The translations under genes were made by a program, and so were the position numbers. This document shows, piece by piece, positions 14,850 through 28,410 of a DNA stretch of 64,000 bases (position 1 is the stretch's first letter; the number at the start of each line of letters is the position of its first letter). Below the pieces are notes generated by a model, which saw only the letters and a program-made list of their open reading frames with translations, did not search any database and was not told where the DNA came from. The DNA lies in contig JAKMXF010000199.1 in assembly GCA_024704765.1 (NCBI GenBank), positions 62,001-126,000 of the forward strand. Direction: 5' to 3'. Source of the stretch: Oopsacas minuta. Taxonomy: Eukaryota > Animalia > Porifera.

Positions 14850-17143
14850 CAGGCTTGTCCAACCTTTTTTGTTCGCGGGCCAAATGAGGGCTTCTTTAAC
14901 TACTTGAGGGCCGCACGACATTGGATATATCAAGGTAGCATGATGTTATTCATTTGGGGATAGCGTTAATACGGATTATTTCAGAATTGAAAAATCACTA
15001 CATGTTTTATTAAATTATAGTAAATTTTAATGATAAAGAACATATCTAATTGGGATATCTGACTTTGTTTTGTTTACACAGAGTCAATATCTGCTCGTAC
15101 ACTTGATGTCGCAATCCGTAATATTCCTGATAGATGAGTGTCTATCAGGAGTGATCTAGACTTGCTTTTAACATTTTTCATCATTGAGAAAAGCTGTTCA
15201 CAGCAATACGTGCTGCCAAATAAGGAAACGAACCTAAGGGCGTGTTGCGATAAATTAGGAAATAGATCCGATGTAACATATTGACCATAAAATATCAGAA
15301 GGTCATGCTCTGCAAAGGCTCTCTTTCTCTTCGAGTTATTTTGTATTCCAATTAGTTCCAGTTGGAACATTTCAGGAGCATTAGTGGCATCAGTTCCAAA
15401 CGGATCTGCAAACAACTCCATTTCATCGAATTTGTCACTAAAATCAGAAAATCTTAGTTTAAATTCATCGATTAAGCTGTTGATCAGTGCAGAATACTTG
15501 TCATGGTTCACTGTCTCACTTTTTCTTGAAGATAATGTTGAGAAATGTACCATCTTTTTCAAAATAAATTGTTGGTGGACTAATTGTAATTTGTTGATGA
15601 ACGCTTTGACATGCTCATACAGGTTGTTAACGAATTGTTTTCTTCCTTGTAGTTTCAGATTTAAATCTGCGAGATACTTAGTTATGTCAACTAGAAATGC
15701 GAGATCATTCAACCACTGATCATCATCCATTAAGCTCACATCCTTTCCCTTAATGGTCATGAATGTTTTTATTTCTTCAAGTAGTGACCAGTATCTGGCT
15801 AGAGTAGACGCTCTGCTGAGCCAGCGAACTTGGCTAAAGTAAATAACATCGTTATAGTCTGATCCTACCTCTGTAAGAAACGCTTGGAATTGTCTGTGAT
15901 TGAGTCCCTTCGACTTTATGAAATTGACTGTATTGACGACATTTTCCATCACATGTTTCATATCTAAGATTTTTGCACAAAGCTGTTCTTGATGAATAAT
16001 GCAGTGGTATGCCGTAACAAGAGAGGTCATTGAATTGAGCATAAGGCTAACAAAACCTTCATGCTTTCCTGTCATAGCAGAGCTCCATCGGTTGTTAAAC
16101 CACTTAGTTTTTAACCTGCAAGTATGAATCCCGTAACACATGTTTTACTACATTGAAGATATCTTGCCCAGTAGTTCCTCGATTATTTCGAAATTTTCTG
16201 TGACACCACGTACAAAGATTGCCAGTTGAGCTGTGTCGCTTACATCGGTACTTTCATCAAGGGCCAAGCTGTAAAATTTGCAAGCATTGAGTCGTTTAAT
16301 TAGTGAAATTTCAATGTTGGATGATAAATCATCTACTCTTCTAGCAACAGTTTGATGTGACAGACTGATGCTCTCTACTATCGACTTCTTATCTGGGCAT
16401 GCCACAGATGCAAATATGTCTAAGCAATCTTTTACAAATTCCCCTTCAGACAATGGTTTTCCACTCTTGGCTATCGCTTCTGTTATCAGAAAGCTGATCT
16501 TTGTTGCTGTCTCAGAACTTAATTTAACGGCTTTGAAGAAAGATTGTTGACTGTTGATGCTATCCTTCAACAGGTTCACCCGATCGATTCTCACCTGACC
16601 TGTAAGCGTGTCAAATGTATCTGCATGTCTAGTGGAGTAATGTCGTTTGATATTATACTCTTTGAATACAGCTATCTTCTCCTGACATATCAAGTACAAT
16701 AAGTATTCGTTGTGTTCTACGACGAAAAAATCTAATGTCCATGAGGATTTGAAAAACTCGACATTCACTATCAATTTTCCTTTTCTTTGCTTTAATCAAG
16801 GGACTTGACATATTTGTTTTGTAGTTATTTTAATATCGTTTAAGATGGTTTATTATTTGGAATTTATATGAGCTGTTCGAGTTGAGAGAAACCCAGTTAT
16901 GTGACAGATAATTACCTGATCAAAACTAAATTAAAAAGTTATTTAAGGATTTTTAAGTTATTGAAATCGCACTTTTCTGAAATTGGTTTCATTCAATTTG
17001 GTTTTGCAATATTGGGTTCTCTTAATTGAGTTCGCTCAAATAGGTTTCACTCAATTAAATGTCGCCACCAACTGGTAACAGTTCCCGAACATGTTGACCG
17101 GCCGGATAGAATCCTCTCGCGGGCCGTAGGTTGGACAAGCCTG
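14850..17143 (-). mobile_element. hAT DNA transposon (SPIN/GTF2IRD2-like), 2294 bp
   Basis: Perfect 16-bp TIR CAGGCTTGTCCAACCT; exact 8-bp TSD TTCTAGGT (14842-14849, 17144-17151). Confidence 0.95.
15074..16811 (-). pseudogene. Disrupted SPIN/GTF2IRD2-like hAT transposase
   Basis: MSSPLIKAKKRKIDSECRVF start, LALDESTD, TTDGA (out of frame), HCIIHQEQLC, VRWLSR, STYCCEQLFS motifs; frameshifts near 16750 and 16100-16190 plus a short internal deletion. Confidence 0.9.
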
Positions 17144-18779
17144 TTCTAGGTACTGCACAGAGATTAGCAGATCAACATACACCTTAACTATCTATCAGAA
17201 TTAGCGATGATTCAATCCAACTCGCTTCCAATTTTAGAATATTTTTAGGTGTTGAAATTGATGACATATTATCTTGGTCAGAACATATTAATTATTTAGT
17301 TAAGAAAATCAATTTATGGTTGAGGGTATTTCATAGAGTTTGAAAGTTTTACCATTCACAGCCAGATTATCATATTATCATTCTCATATTGCCCTTCATT
17401 TTGATGTATTGTAAGACTGTATGGGGAGGAGGAGCTACATACAAAATAAATCGTCTAACTATATTACAGAAACGTTGTGCTAGAGCTAATACTGGGATAA
17501 AGTATAACTCGATAGCATACTCTTCTCTATCTTCCATTCTCACAAGACTAAATGGTCCCCAAGGATAGAGTTTAGGAAAGCTACATTAGTATATAAATGC
17601 TTAAACACTATGACAGACTATACATTGGTCAAATGTTTCGCATAATCAAAGACATTAAGACTCACTCTATAGCTACAAGAACCCATTAGGATACGTTTTA
17701 CCTGCCTAAGCCTAATTTAAACGTCTACAAAACTTCTTATGCATTTTCTTCTGCCAAAATATACATATAATAAACTAGTAGGCAAATAAAACAAGCCTAT
17801 TCTCCATCCTCGTTAATACATATTTCTGAAGAAATTTTCGTGAATTGATTGAATATTTTAATATATTTCTATCTTTCTTTTTCTGAGTATTTATCGTAAT
17901 GATTGAATTCTCCCTTATTTCCATTTGAATCTATATATATCCTCACTGCACTGTACTGTTGCTAGCATTGTTTTGTATGTATTGTTCTTAATAGAGGACT
18001 CTATGGTATATCACGTTCTGGGAATAGGCGATCGTCTCAAAATAAAACTCATCTAAATATTTATCGATCTTTAGCAAATATTATACAGCATTATTGCACG
18101 CCATTCAAAGCCAAAATATTTTCTTCGCCTCTCCATTTTCAAGAATATATATTCTGAGAATAATTTGACAGTAAAAATAATAATTATTGGTAATAGCCTG
18201 AATACTGGCTCACTAACTAGTAGTCGGCAGATTACACGAGACTAAAGCACCCATTTCAATACTGAGCCATTATGCTGTACTATAATAAACACAGCGAAAA
18301 CAATACCTATACCGCGATACGTGTATTGAACAGCAGGCTGGCCAATATCGACAATCTATTCTTTCTATATACCAATCGTTTAATCGCAATCATTCCTCTT
18401 TCGTAGTCGCTAGTGATTTAATCATAATCATGATTCGATTTGAATATCTTAATTAAATATTATCCAATAAAGTGCACGACAATACATTTAAATAGGTTGA
18501 AATTTTGGAGGGTGCGGGCCCCCGATAGATCCACCCCTGCTTAGAAATTAAATCATAAATGTGAAATTTGTTATATAGTTTAAATCCAGGCACAAAGTAC
18601 CGATGCGGGCGCGAACACAGAGTGTTCGAAAACCACGAGGAGCGACCAAATGAAGCGTGCTCACAATTATTAAATAGATTGAAATATATGAAAAGTGCTT
18701 AAACAAGAATTGGTTGGTAACAAACAAGGTTAAGGAATTAGGTATCACAAGGAGGATAGTTAGTATTAGTGAGCAGTAT

Positions 18780-19085
18780 TTGATTCGAGTATGGGCAGCC
18801 AATAATATTATGGAGAAACAAGCACAAGAGCCAACGGGGAGGAAAAAAACTCGGGTAAAAATACACGATTTCGACTACTATAAGTTGGCCTACTTTAATA
18901 AACAATTTAACATAAATATTGGCAAATAAGGATCGGATAAATGTATTATTTCCAACGAATCAAGATACTTTCTAATTGGTAATGGTAAACTTAAAGTTTG
19001 GAGGCAATAATAAGATAGATTTCTGCATCATTGGACAAATACTACAGTTCAAAAATGTAAGGAAGAAGCGGTCTGTTCTTGGATT
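18780..19085 (+). pseudogene. Highly degenerate Tc1-like transposase fragment
   Basis: KCIISNESRYFLIGNGKLKVWR ... TTVQK resembles the Tc1 VIFSDES.F...G...VWR ... TVK segment; stops present; no TIR identified. Confidence 0.45.
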
Positions 19086-19428
19086 CGATCCCTTACATAA
19101 AAGTCCTATTAATAGAGGTTACTAGTAAGTAGTACACTAAATGTTTATATATTTTGATACAGATTTGAGTGGTTGGCTTTTACAAGTAAAATACTATGTA
19201 AATATTTATATAAGAGAGATTGCTTGTCCAGGAAATCTCTGAATGCATAAAAATTATGATTAACGTGCGATTTAGGACATAGAACTTTTCAGTATTGATT
19301 AATTAATGTTTTACCCGAAAATACAATAGCATTGCTCCATGTCAAATGTCTAGACAAGTTGGATTAAACCTTGGACGGTTGACAGGTATAGTATATAAAC
19401 CATTAAACGTAAAAACAAACATAAATAC

Positions 19429-19768
19429 CTGTAATTGAATCTTTGAAAAGTTTACATTATATATATCAACTGGCTCAGTAAAACTAAGAGTAATAATTCG
19501 TTTATTCGTATCCAATTCAAGAAAAGTACTCAATAGTGGAGGGGTAAGATCTGGGCCGATCTCGGAAGGTTGCAATGGTCCAGAGAAGGCAACAGGATTT
19601 TCATTCATGTCTTTCGTCAGGTCAGAAGAATAAAAAAGATATGTATTGTTAATGTAAGTTAGCAACTGATCTGTAGATTTAAGGTTATTTAGATCATTAA
19701 TTATCAGAGAGAATTGAAGGACAGGGAAATCTTCAATAGACAATAATATACCACCAGTGAGAGTGTAA
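19429..19768 (-). CDS. Exon 4 of secreted tandem-repeat protein gene (YTLTGG...DLNNLK...DLTPPLLSTFLELDTN...LSFTEPV...IQLQ)
   Basis: Acceptor ctatcttctAG|T TAC (phase 2, completes AAT with exon 3) and donor CAG|GTATTT; 340 nt, open. Confidence 0.9.
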
Positions 19769-20262
19769 CTAGAAGATAGAAATATGTGGTTCAAAGAGAA
19801 AGGTAGTAGAGGTATGAAAATTATAAAATCAAATTACATCATAGCTTACGAACAAGGTTTGTAAACAGACGAAACATCTGAGATTGTTAAATTAATTTCA
19901 ATTCAGAATTTGGTTAAGGTCTGGCCACCTGCTCTGCTTGTGGCCTAACCAACTTACGAGACCACATGGTATATCTCATAAGGAGGTCATACAAATTATT
20001 AGTTGTTTTTGGTCGCGGTATTTATATGACGGTTTCTGCATTGCAGAAACGGTACTATTGTGTCGAAATAAATGTATTGCGGATTTTAGAACGACAAATC
20101 ATCAACCATTATATACTAAAACATCTGCATGGAAAGGGAAAAATACATTACCAAGGGATTCCATTAGGTCTATCGAATACTCCATGAATCTTTACCAAAG
20201 TATTGAATGTACGAATGGCAATATTCGGGGAGTAGGTATTCACATATTGATATACCTGGATG

Positions 20263-20601
20263 TAGCGCCGTAACTATTTTGTGTGGGCCCCCCTCCCCGC
20301 CTAATCAGGTTGGAGGCCCCTCTTTTCTTTTTAGCTAACTTCCGCTTCTCAAAGCCAGAAGGATATTTTCTCTTCATTTTCTAGCAATGATGAAATTGGT
20401 TAGCAAATAAAGACCTAATACAAAATTAGGTATCAAAAACAAGTAATCAAATATGCATGCGAAAAGTACAATTGTATTAATCAGAAAATTTTCGAATGGA
20501 TCATATCGAAAAAATCAGCCAAGGAATAATGCCCATATAGGGACCCCTCAGTGCAGGGGCCCAGCCGCGATGGTGGTGTCCAGGGGGTAGTTACGGCCCT
20601 G
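20263..20601. mobile_element. MITE (hAT-like), 339 bp
   Basis: Ends tagcgccgtaacta / tagttacggccctg; flanks cctggatg / cctggact (6/8 TSD); homologous to 1166-2059. Confidence 0.7.
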
Positions 20602-21058
20602 CCTGGACTACATTCTGCTATGCCTCCAATTACCAGTGCACCTTAAACAAATCAAATTTAATACTAAGCTGTCAATACAGATTGTAAGTTAAGATTTTTG
20701 CTCGCTACCTTAGCAGTCCATTATAAAATTGTATATAAACATTTGTATTTGTCTAATCTTTCGATTTGTCAATTTTTGAACATTGATGCCATCATTACTG
20801 AACTATGTTCACGTCATTATTATGGGAAATGTATACCATTCAACATCTACATTTCATCGGTATATATTAAGTATTGGACTGACCATAGTCTACGAAATAT
20901 AAGGCTTAACAGTAAAAGTACCAGGGATGCAATATTAGCAGAAGGGGTGCATGCATTTGTTAGAATTTAGAAGTAGTCATTTGTTAGAATGGGGTTCCTT
21001 ACTAAATGAATATGAATGAGTTTAATAGACTGAAAACACAACAATAATTGAATTAGTA

Positions 21059-22647
21059 TTAATTCATAAATATTTGAAATGTGTTCCCAATATCTGAGCG
21101 ACATATAGGGCACGGCTGGCCTAGATCTTTAATCCTCTGGCTGCATCTGGTACAACAAGAAGCGTGCCTGTAAAGCATGAATATCTAAGTGGCTGTCCAT
21201 TGACCCAAACAAACAATGCATTTGTTTTCTTCTGTAGGCCCTTCATCTGCGGATTCGTTGTCCGAAAATTCACTATCGCTCGAGGTCAGAGTGCAGTGAG
21301 AATATGAATTTCCAAAAGTGTGGCTGATAGCTTCCAGGAACTGCCAAGGATTGTAATCTCCGTTACTTAACTTTTGCTTCAAAAGTACACCTACGTTCAA
21401 AGTCCATTAAATTATTCTTTTTCGGGGGGGCCTACTAATTTCTCTGCCTTGGCACAAAAGACCAACATCATTGTTCACATCCTGAATTATGTTGTTTAGA
21501 ACTCCAATAAAACTCCATACCCTAGGATGACTTGTAGGTATATTTGACTTGAGTTTTGAATGGTAACTTTCGGAACCGTTGTTGGTTGTGATATTTATGT
21601 CATTAATGGAGAGTTCCTCCTGGGAAATTTGATTTATCCACCTCCTCTTGAAGTGTTTCTTCAGCTTTTCGAGTTTTATTCCCTCAGAGTTTTCTGGCAC
21701 TTGAATAAAATTAAAAGTAGGAATGATTAACGCGGCTGGCAAAAATGGGATAGACATCAGCTGTTTAATATATTTTTCAATTTCTTGCTTGTTACGGTAT
21801 CCTTCCACAAGTCCAAGCTTTTGGGTTTTTGCCCAAATAAGCTGGGTGAAATGAAACCAGCATCCATAAATCTTTACCTGGGGATAAGTTTCTCTAAACG
21901 AATTTCGAGAGGCGTCTTCCCAATCTGACATTGAGGCTAGAGGTCGAAAGTGAGGAATATTCTGCGAAATGCTTTCCAGTATAGCTTGATATAGCAGTTG
22001 GTTTTCCCGATCAATAAGCAGTGTATCGCAGGTGAGTGTGCCTTCCCACTGAAATGAAAATAGTCCACAACTGATAAAACTGAATGGGTACAGTAAAGAA
22101 TGTCCCATCGTATTGTATGTTGGTAATTTGTGATAAAAATCTTTCATCGGCTCTGCAAAGAATACCACACCAAGTTCATTGCCTACAGAGACGCAAAATT
22201 TGTAATACTTCCCGAAATTTGTAGTTGTTATCATGTCACTAAATTCCAAAGCTGTCTGAGGGATCATAGGTTCTAGAGTTTTTCTCGCCCGAAACATCGT
22301 GGATGCGCATTCTGAAAAAGATATTTTACATGCCCGTGGATCTCTTGTCACACCATCGAAACCTTCCGGAGATTCATTAGCGAATTCCTTGCAACTGTCA
22401 TACACTTTGTTTTGAGAGCGAATAATTCAGTTTTATACGCCTCACGGTCATGATTATGCGAATTTAAGGGAGTAATCAGATCTCTTTCACAATTGAGTGT
22501 ACATGTTCATTTGCAACCACCTCTGAATAAAGCACACCTTAGGTAAACAAAATTGACATTTGGTTTAGAAAGAATGTAATTGTTTCCATATGACGTAGTG
22601 AAAACCTTTCCCACAGTACGTTTGTATTCCTCCAATGTATATTCCAT
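21059..22647 (-). pseudogene. Disrupted MULE transposase with N-terminal FLYWCH-like segment and C-terminal C3HC4-type RING finger
   Basis: ASMSDWEDA, IYGCWFHFTQ, TNNGSESYH motifs; reading through one TAG gives CIVCLGQWTAT*IFMLYRHASCCTRCSQRIKDLGQPCPICRSDI; several frameshifts and stops. Confidence 0.85.
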
Positions 22648-22827
22648 CAAAATAATTAGTTGTAAATATATACCAGAGACAAAAAATGTTATCAAATATG
22701 ATTCAGATAGGGAATTTGTTTGGTACCTCCAGAGAGATCAAATTCAGTGACAAACAACAATATTTTTGGCTGACATGATGAAGGCGTTGGAGTTGTGCAT
22801 TCAACACTACATCATGAATGAACCATT

Positions 22828-23017
22828 CTAACAAATGCAAACATATGAAAAACTCATTCCAACAAGGGCAAACGTATGAAAATAATTCTGACAAGTGCAA
22901 ACATATGAAAAAAAACATTCTAACAAGTGCAAACATATGAATAAAACCATTCTACAAGTGCAAACATATGAAAAACTCATTCTAACAAGTGCAAACTGTA
23001 GAAATTCTAACAAATGC
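22828..23017. repeat. Subterminal minisatellite of the MULE, ~31-bp unit (ttctaacaagtgcaaacatatgaaaaactca), about 6 copies
   Basis: Direct reading; the unit contains the ttctaacaa TIR motif; explains spurious ORFs 22703-23013. Confidence 0.85.
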
Positions 23018-23239
23018 TGCGCCCCATGAATATTGATAAAAATTCGTCACCCATAGTCTCTACCGTTGCTCAACAACAAGCAAACTTTTGAATGACAAAT
23101 TTTTGACATATTTTATAAAAAGTTTATAGATCATTTCCTTTATTCACTTTGAGTTGAAAATGCAATATTTAACGTTCTACAAGGCATCAAAGAATGATAT
23201 ATTTTACTAAATACATGCTTATTCGACACATATTGGGAC

Positions 23240-24187
23240 CAGAGTTGGAATCGGGTTCGAGTTCGAAGTTGATCAGTTCGAACTTTGTGCGTGATTATTT
23301 AAATTCAATGATTTAATTCTATTTTTGAACTAATATTATTGTTTGTCTGTCTGTCTGTTTGTTTGTCTATTGTCAAGGAAAGGAATCAGGGTATCCAATT
23401 TTGAAATTGTCGCCTAACTATGTATTTATCGTGTTTATCAAGGAAGTAAATATAATTCTATGAAACTTCACTAAATATATCGAACATACTGAGTCCGATT
23501 TTCACACTTTCGGATTAATCATATTTAAATTTATAGTTGTTTTTATGAATATAAAGTAATCAAATTTCATATTTGAGGTAGAATCATACATTCACCGACT
23601 ATACTGGGGTAATCGAGTATGCTGAGTCTGAATATGGTATTGTAAACAACATAATAATATTAATTTTCAATTGTTGTTTGTCTGTTTGTTTGTCCATTTA
23701 TATGAAAATATATTGTTGGTTGTATGAATAGGTTTGCTCTAAACGGCTACCCAGGGGTAAATAAGTACGTTAAATTCGAATTTTGCATTTCAAGGTTCTC
23801 ATATGTAATTTATTGTAGTTTTTACGAATATAAAGTAACAAATTAGCAAAATTTTAAAATTTTACGTAGATACATGCTCTCAACGGCTACAAAGGGGGTT
23901 GATATTACAAAAGAATTCAATAGAATATATGCTATGTACGTATATTTGTGAATTACATTGTTCTTTATATATCTATATTATATTACTCAAAGGGGCCTTC
24001 AATTTGGAGAATAATGGATATTTCGAGGCGTAATGCGCCGAGTTCATCGCGAAGCGACGAGCCAAAGGCTCGCATTAGTTAAAATGTCAACAAAACATAT
24101 ATTTTAGAGGAATTTCAGTAAATATCTAGAATTATTTACACTTCGGGTTCGGGTCGGTTCTGAAAAGTTGACCCGATTCTAACTCTG
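23240..24187. mobile_element. Non-autonomous hAT-type element, 948 bp
   Basis: TIR cagagttggaatcgggt / acccgattctaactctg (16/17); 8-bp TSD attgggac / atttggac (7/8). Confidence 0.8.
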
Positions 24188-24936
24188 ATTTGGACACATT
24201 CCTGAAATATTTAGCATCTATTTGTGTAAAATTTGATGTCCTACAAAATGTAATACATTAATTCAGGCAAATTTCCACTTATATATAATAAAGCAACTGT
24301 ACATATATTCTGACAGCTAATACTGCATCTGGTGCCAAATTTTTGAAATACTGTTAGGCTTTATGTTTAGTAGGCTATGGACTTACTTATTTGGCGAAAC
24401 ACTTCAACTTTTTTGGATATAATGAATTATTATACAATATGTCATTCGTATTACATCAGGGATTACCAACTTCATCATGTCAAAATGTAACATTTTGTAT
24501 GAAAATATCATTAGATCAATGAGTAAAAATTCTTAAATCGTATCTACAGTATTTTTCGTTATATGGTGTACCAAAGATGGACACATTTATGCCCTAAAAT
24601 GCTTACTAAGCACAAAATTTCACGCTTTGGGATTGATGAAATATATTTAAATATATGTAATACATTTATTTGGAGAAAAACGTGGTACTTTGGAAACATA
24701 GAATAAATTTATTCTAATGGACCCCAGTTTTAGTACCTAAGTTCATGTGTCTACGGTTCTTATGTAAATGTGTCTATAATTTGAACGTGGCTAATGCACA
24801 TACGTCTAAAAAAATCTTGAAATAGGTAATTTGATATAGTTGGGCTTATATCAATTTGATAATGGTGAATTACACTGCTCTAGCAAATTTTCTTGCATGA
24901 ACCATAGCATTCTAATACTAGGGTACTGACACTGCC

Positions 24937-24999
24937 TTCAGTTTCATTGTAGCTCCAATTCCATAAAAGTAATGGAATTGGAGCTAAAATGAAACTGAA
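24937..24999. other. Near-perfect hairpin: 28-bp stem (1 mismatch), 7-nt loop
   Basis: ttcagtttcattgtagctccaattccat - aaaagta - atggaattggagctaaaatgaaactgaa. Confidence 0.9.
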
Positions 25000-25733
25000 A
25001 TTTGTCAGGAAGAGACAGGAAATAGTAGTCTGTGAATCAATGAAACATGTATGAGGGCTCTTTAGATAATGCATGCAAAAGATGCCTACAAAACTATAAG
25101 GATAGCCAGTGGGGTATATCTAGAGCTAATCCATACACAACCTCATAACTACAAACACATACAAAACAGGCTGTTGCTCCATGAAAGTTCAAAAATATGA
25201 ATTTAAGTTAAAATATCAATTACTTTAGGTCAAATTACGGGTCGTCCCCGTTGGTACATTTTTGGACAAGCCCAATGACTCAGTTTTAGGACAAAATCCA
25301 GTGACTCAGAATTAGACCAATTCCAAGTGTTTTTTTGGATAAAATCCTGCGACTCAATTTAATTCTAATATATTTTAGGAGAGATTCCAATATTGAGTTA
25401 GGACAAATTCCAATATTGAATCAGAACAAATTCTGAATAGATTAATAGCATGACATCCCAGAACTGTAACTAATCTGCGAGAATAAAATTTTGTAATTCT
25501 TGAAATTTGGAACCCCTCTCTTATTGTATCCTGGGATCACTCCAGTAGGTATTAGGGTTGTAAAGAATTAGCTTGGATTTATCGCACAAATTCCAAATTT
25601 CGAAGCATGAGAACTGATTATATAAAAGACAGAATGTGTTCTAAACATTTGTAAAAGTAAATGAATCAATAGTAGAAAATATAAAGTTCAAATCAAGTAG
25701 GTCACACAATAGACTTAATAGAGATACACTTAC

Positions 25734-26058
25734 TTAGGTTGGCTAGGGAAAGGATTTGAAGAAATAGTAATATCAGAGAACACCAATTCACGAAATTGGA
25801 CAGTTTCGCTAAATGTTAGAGATAAGATTCCTGTATTCAGATCTATGTCCCAAAAGAGGAGATTGGGAAATGTTGTATCCGGAATTAGAGACTGTACAGG
25901 AAGAGAATCAATGAAATCAATTTGTAGGACAGATACATTATTGGAATCCCGGATAAAAGATGGAAGGACAGAAATATAGCAATTACCAAGCGTTGTACAA
26001 AATCCTCTGCGTTTCTTAATATTGTTTAAATCAGAGGAAGATAACTCTAGTAAGAGTG
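25734..26058 (-). CDS. Exon 3 of secreted tandem-repeat protein gene (not in ORF track): TLLLELSSSDLNNIKKRRGFCTTLGNCYISVLPSFIRDSNNVSV...DTTFPNLLFWDIDLNTGILSLTFSETV...PSQP
   Basis: Acceptor ctttttcacttctttttAG|CA (phase 1, matches exon 2) and donor AA|GTAAGT (phase 2, matches exon 4); 325 nt, no stops; same repeat motif. Confidence 0.92.
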
Positions 26059-26495
26059 CTAAAAAGAAGTGAAAAAGATATAAGAAAAATGGTATTATAC
26101 CCTCTATAGTGGCTACCAGTAGGTAGGGTTATTAAAAGTATAATATATGGAAACTAGAGTAGACAATAGAAAGGTTGAGAAACCAATTAGATGACTGGAC
26201 ATTTAGTTGTTATAGTAACAAAATCTCAGATTTGGCAGGTTTCGTCCATTCGGATAAAACCATGAGGTTAAACTAGTTTAACCGCCCTAGAGATAACATG
26301 ATGAGTGGACAAAACTGGTCAAACTGGACGAACACTATCAAAAGAAAATATAAGTTATATAAAGTACAATCATTAAAATCACAAGAATAAATAGCATAGT
26401 AAACGTAAATTTACCAGAAACCTATATTACTAAATAATAAATGAAAAACAGATGCTAAAGTTAAATTGAAGTACAAAATACGTATAAAGGACATG

Positions 26496-26889
<394 letters not shown>

Positions 26890-27107
26890 GCTACCCTTCG
26901 CTAGGTAACTATGCGACAGGTTGTGCTTCCGATTAGGCTTAAGTATACAACCTCTAAATTTCTTACAGTGGTTCTGTTCATTACGTGACTCAGTCTACCC
27001 GGCATTATGTGCCTTGAAATCGGATATCCATGATCCATGTAAAAGAATTATTATGGGCTTCTACCCTCACACTGTAGCAGCTAAAGCTACTTTTAGATAT
27101 GAATCTC

Positions 27108-27112
<5 letters not shown>

Positions 27113-27144
<32 letters not shown>
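27113..27144. repeat. (AT)16 microsatellite
   Basis: Direct reading. Confidence 0.95.
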
Positions 27145-27148
<4 letters not shown>

Positions 27149-28410
27149 CTAATGTACATCCAGATTAAGTGAGTTAGAATAGTGGAGATTGCAAAATCAA
27201 TCTTACTTCTTACATGATTTAGTTAAAAAGAAGTATTCATGAATTTTCAAAAAGATATATTCATGAAAAATTCAATTATTAATGAATTATTCATTACGAA
27301 CAGCTTCGCTTGCATGTAACTCGGCACTTCGTGGATCAAATTTTTATAGTAACAACTATTTAAATATGAGTAACTTGAAAGTGCGAAATTCGAAATTAAC
27401 TTTCTCGATTACCCCACCATAACCTTGAAACCAAGTTTCTGATACTATTTTTGAAATTTGTTTACTTTATATTCATAAAAACAACAATATATTTACATAT
27501 GAGAAACCTGAAAATGCGAAAATGGGATTCAACCTACTTGATTTCCCATGAATATCGTTTAGAGCAAGCCTAACAGTATAATTTGAGAATACAATTATAT
27601 CTACTTTATATTCATAACAACAACAAATAAATTTCCATGTGGGAAACTTGAAAATGCGGAATGCATGCTCAAATATAGTCCCTAAACCTGTCAGGGGAAT
27701 TTTGGTTCGTGGGACCAAAATTCAAAGAAGAAACAATTAATCATGAAATTTTTGGTCCAACGGTAAGAATTTTCCAGGGAAACAAAGTTGTCGCGAAAGG
27801 TCAATATTTTAGCGTATAGCCGTAAGATTTACCCAAGATATAACTTGCATCCACGGCTGGACTCCTCAGACTATGCTATTTCTTGTCCTTTCTGAAGGGC
27901 AAGAACACCCCCTGGTGAGATCATGATTTTCTGTAGGCCAGATCCCATTAAAGTGTGAGGAGCCCTATTCTAGACTATTTAAACTGAAGATTTTCTGGTC
28001 AACATAACATAAATTACTGGGTGAAATACCTCGATCTACGTCACAATCATACTTATACGAGCCGTAGCCATGAAAATACAAGTGGTCCTGTTGGATACAG
28101 CAAAAAGACCAAGTCAGGTAAAGCTATATAACCTGACCGATTGGTTGAAACCTGATCAACCGGACCGGTGCCTACGGTCCTGATTATACATCTATAGTTA
28201 ATATTTACCTAATAAACAAACGATAATATCATGAATTCCAAGAAGTATGTGAAAAATAGCAAGAGTGCTACAAGGCAACGGGGCACGATGTCGTAAAATA
28301 GAGTTATGAAGTCATTTAGAGGGCCAATGTGTGCATAGCTAGATACAATTACAAGGGTTGTTCAATAAATAATGAGACTTTTCATAATTCATATAGTAAA
28401 CCTATACTTA

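Larger units (their letters stand above)
13620..18050 (+). mobile_element. Decayed CR1/L2-like LINE: APE endonuclease part (~13620-14800) and RT C-terminal part (~17150-17800), split by a hAT insertion, RT core missing
   Basis: Fragments FDIFGLSHTWL, VPGYNMVRKDR, CIWVEL..AYRSP, QLISKPTRITDISLSLIDH (endonuclease) and FLGVEIDDILSWSEHINYL, LQKRCARA, ATLVYKCLN (post-RT region); many stops and frameshifts; ends approximate. Confidence 0.75.
20944..23025 (-). mobile_element. Mutator-like (MULE) transposon, ~2.08 kb
   Basis: Inverted ends ggggtgca(t)gcatttgttagaattt / aaattctaacaaatgctgcgcccc (16-bp perfect core); subterminal tandem repeats; encloses a MULE transposase; TSD not resolved. Confidence 0.8.

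Noticed and set aside
15384-15719. Antisense ORFs over transposases (also 29021-29446, 31002-31328, 37446-37727, 47979-48197)
   Set aside because: Shadow frames of the transposase ORFs on the opposite strand
22703-23013. Two short ORFs with repeated FICLHL / YVCTC motifs, and a spaced-repeat look
   Set aside because: They are the 31-bp MULE subterminal minisatellite; no unique spacers and no cas genes, so not CRISPR and not protein coding
23240-23290. ggttcgag/gttcga motifs suggesting a tRNA T-loop
   Set aside because: No cloverleaf can be built; these are subterminal motifs of the hAT-type element 23240-24187
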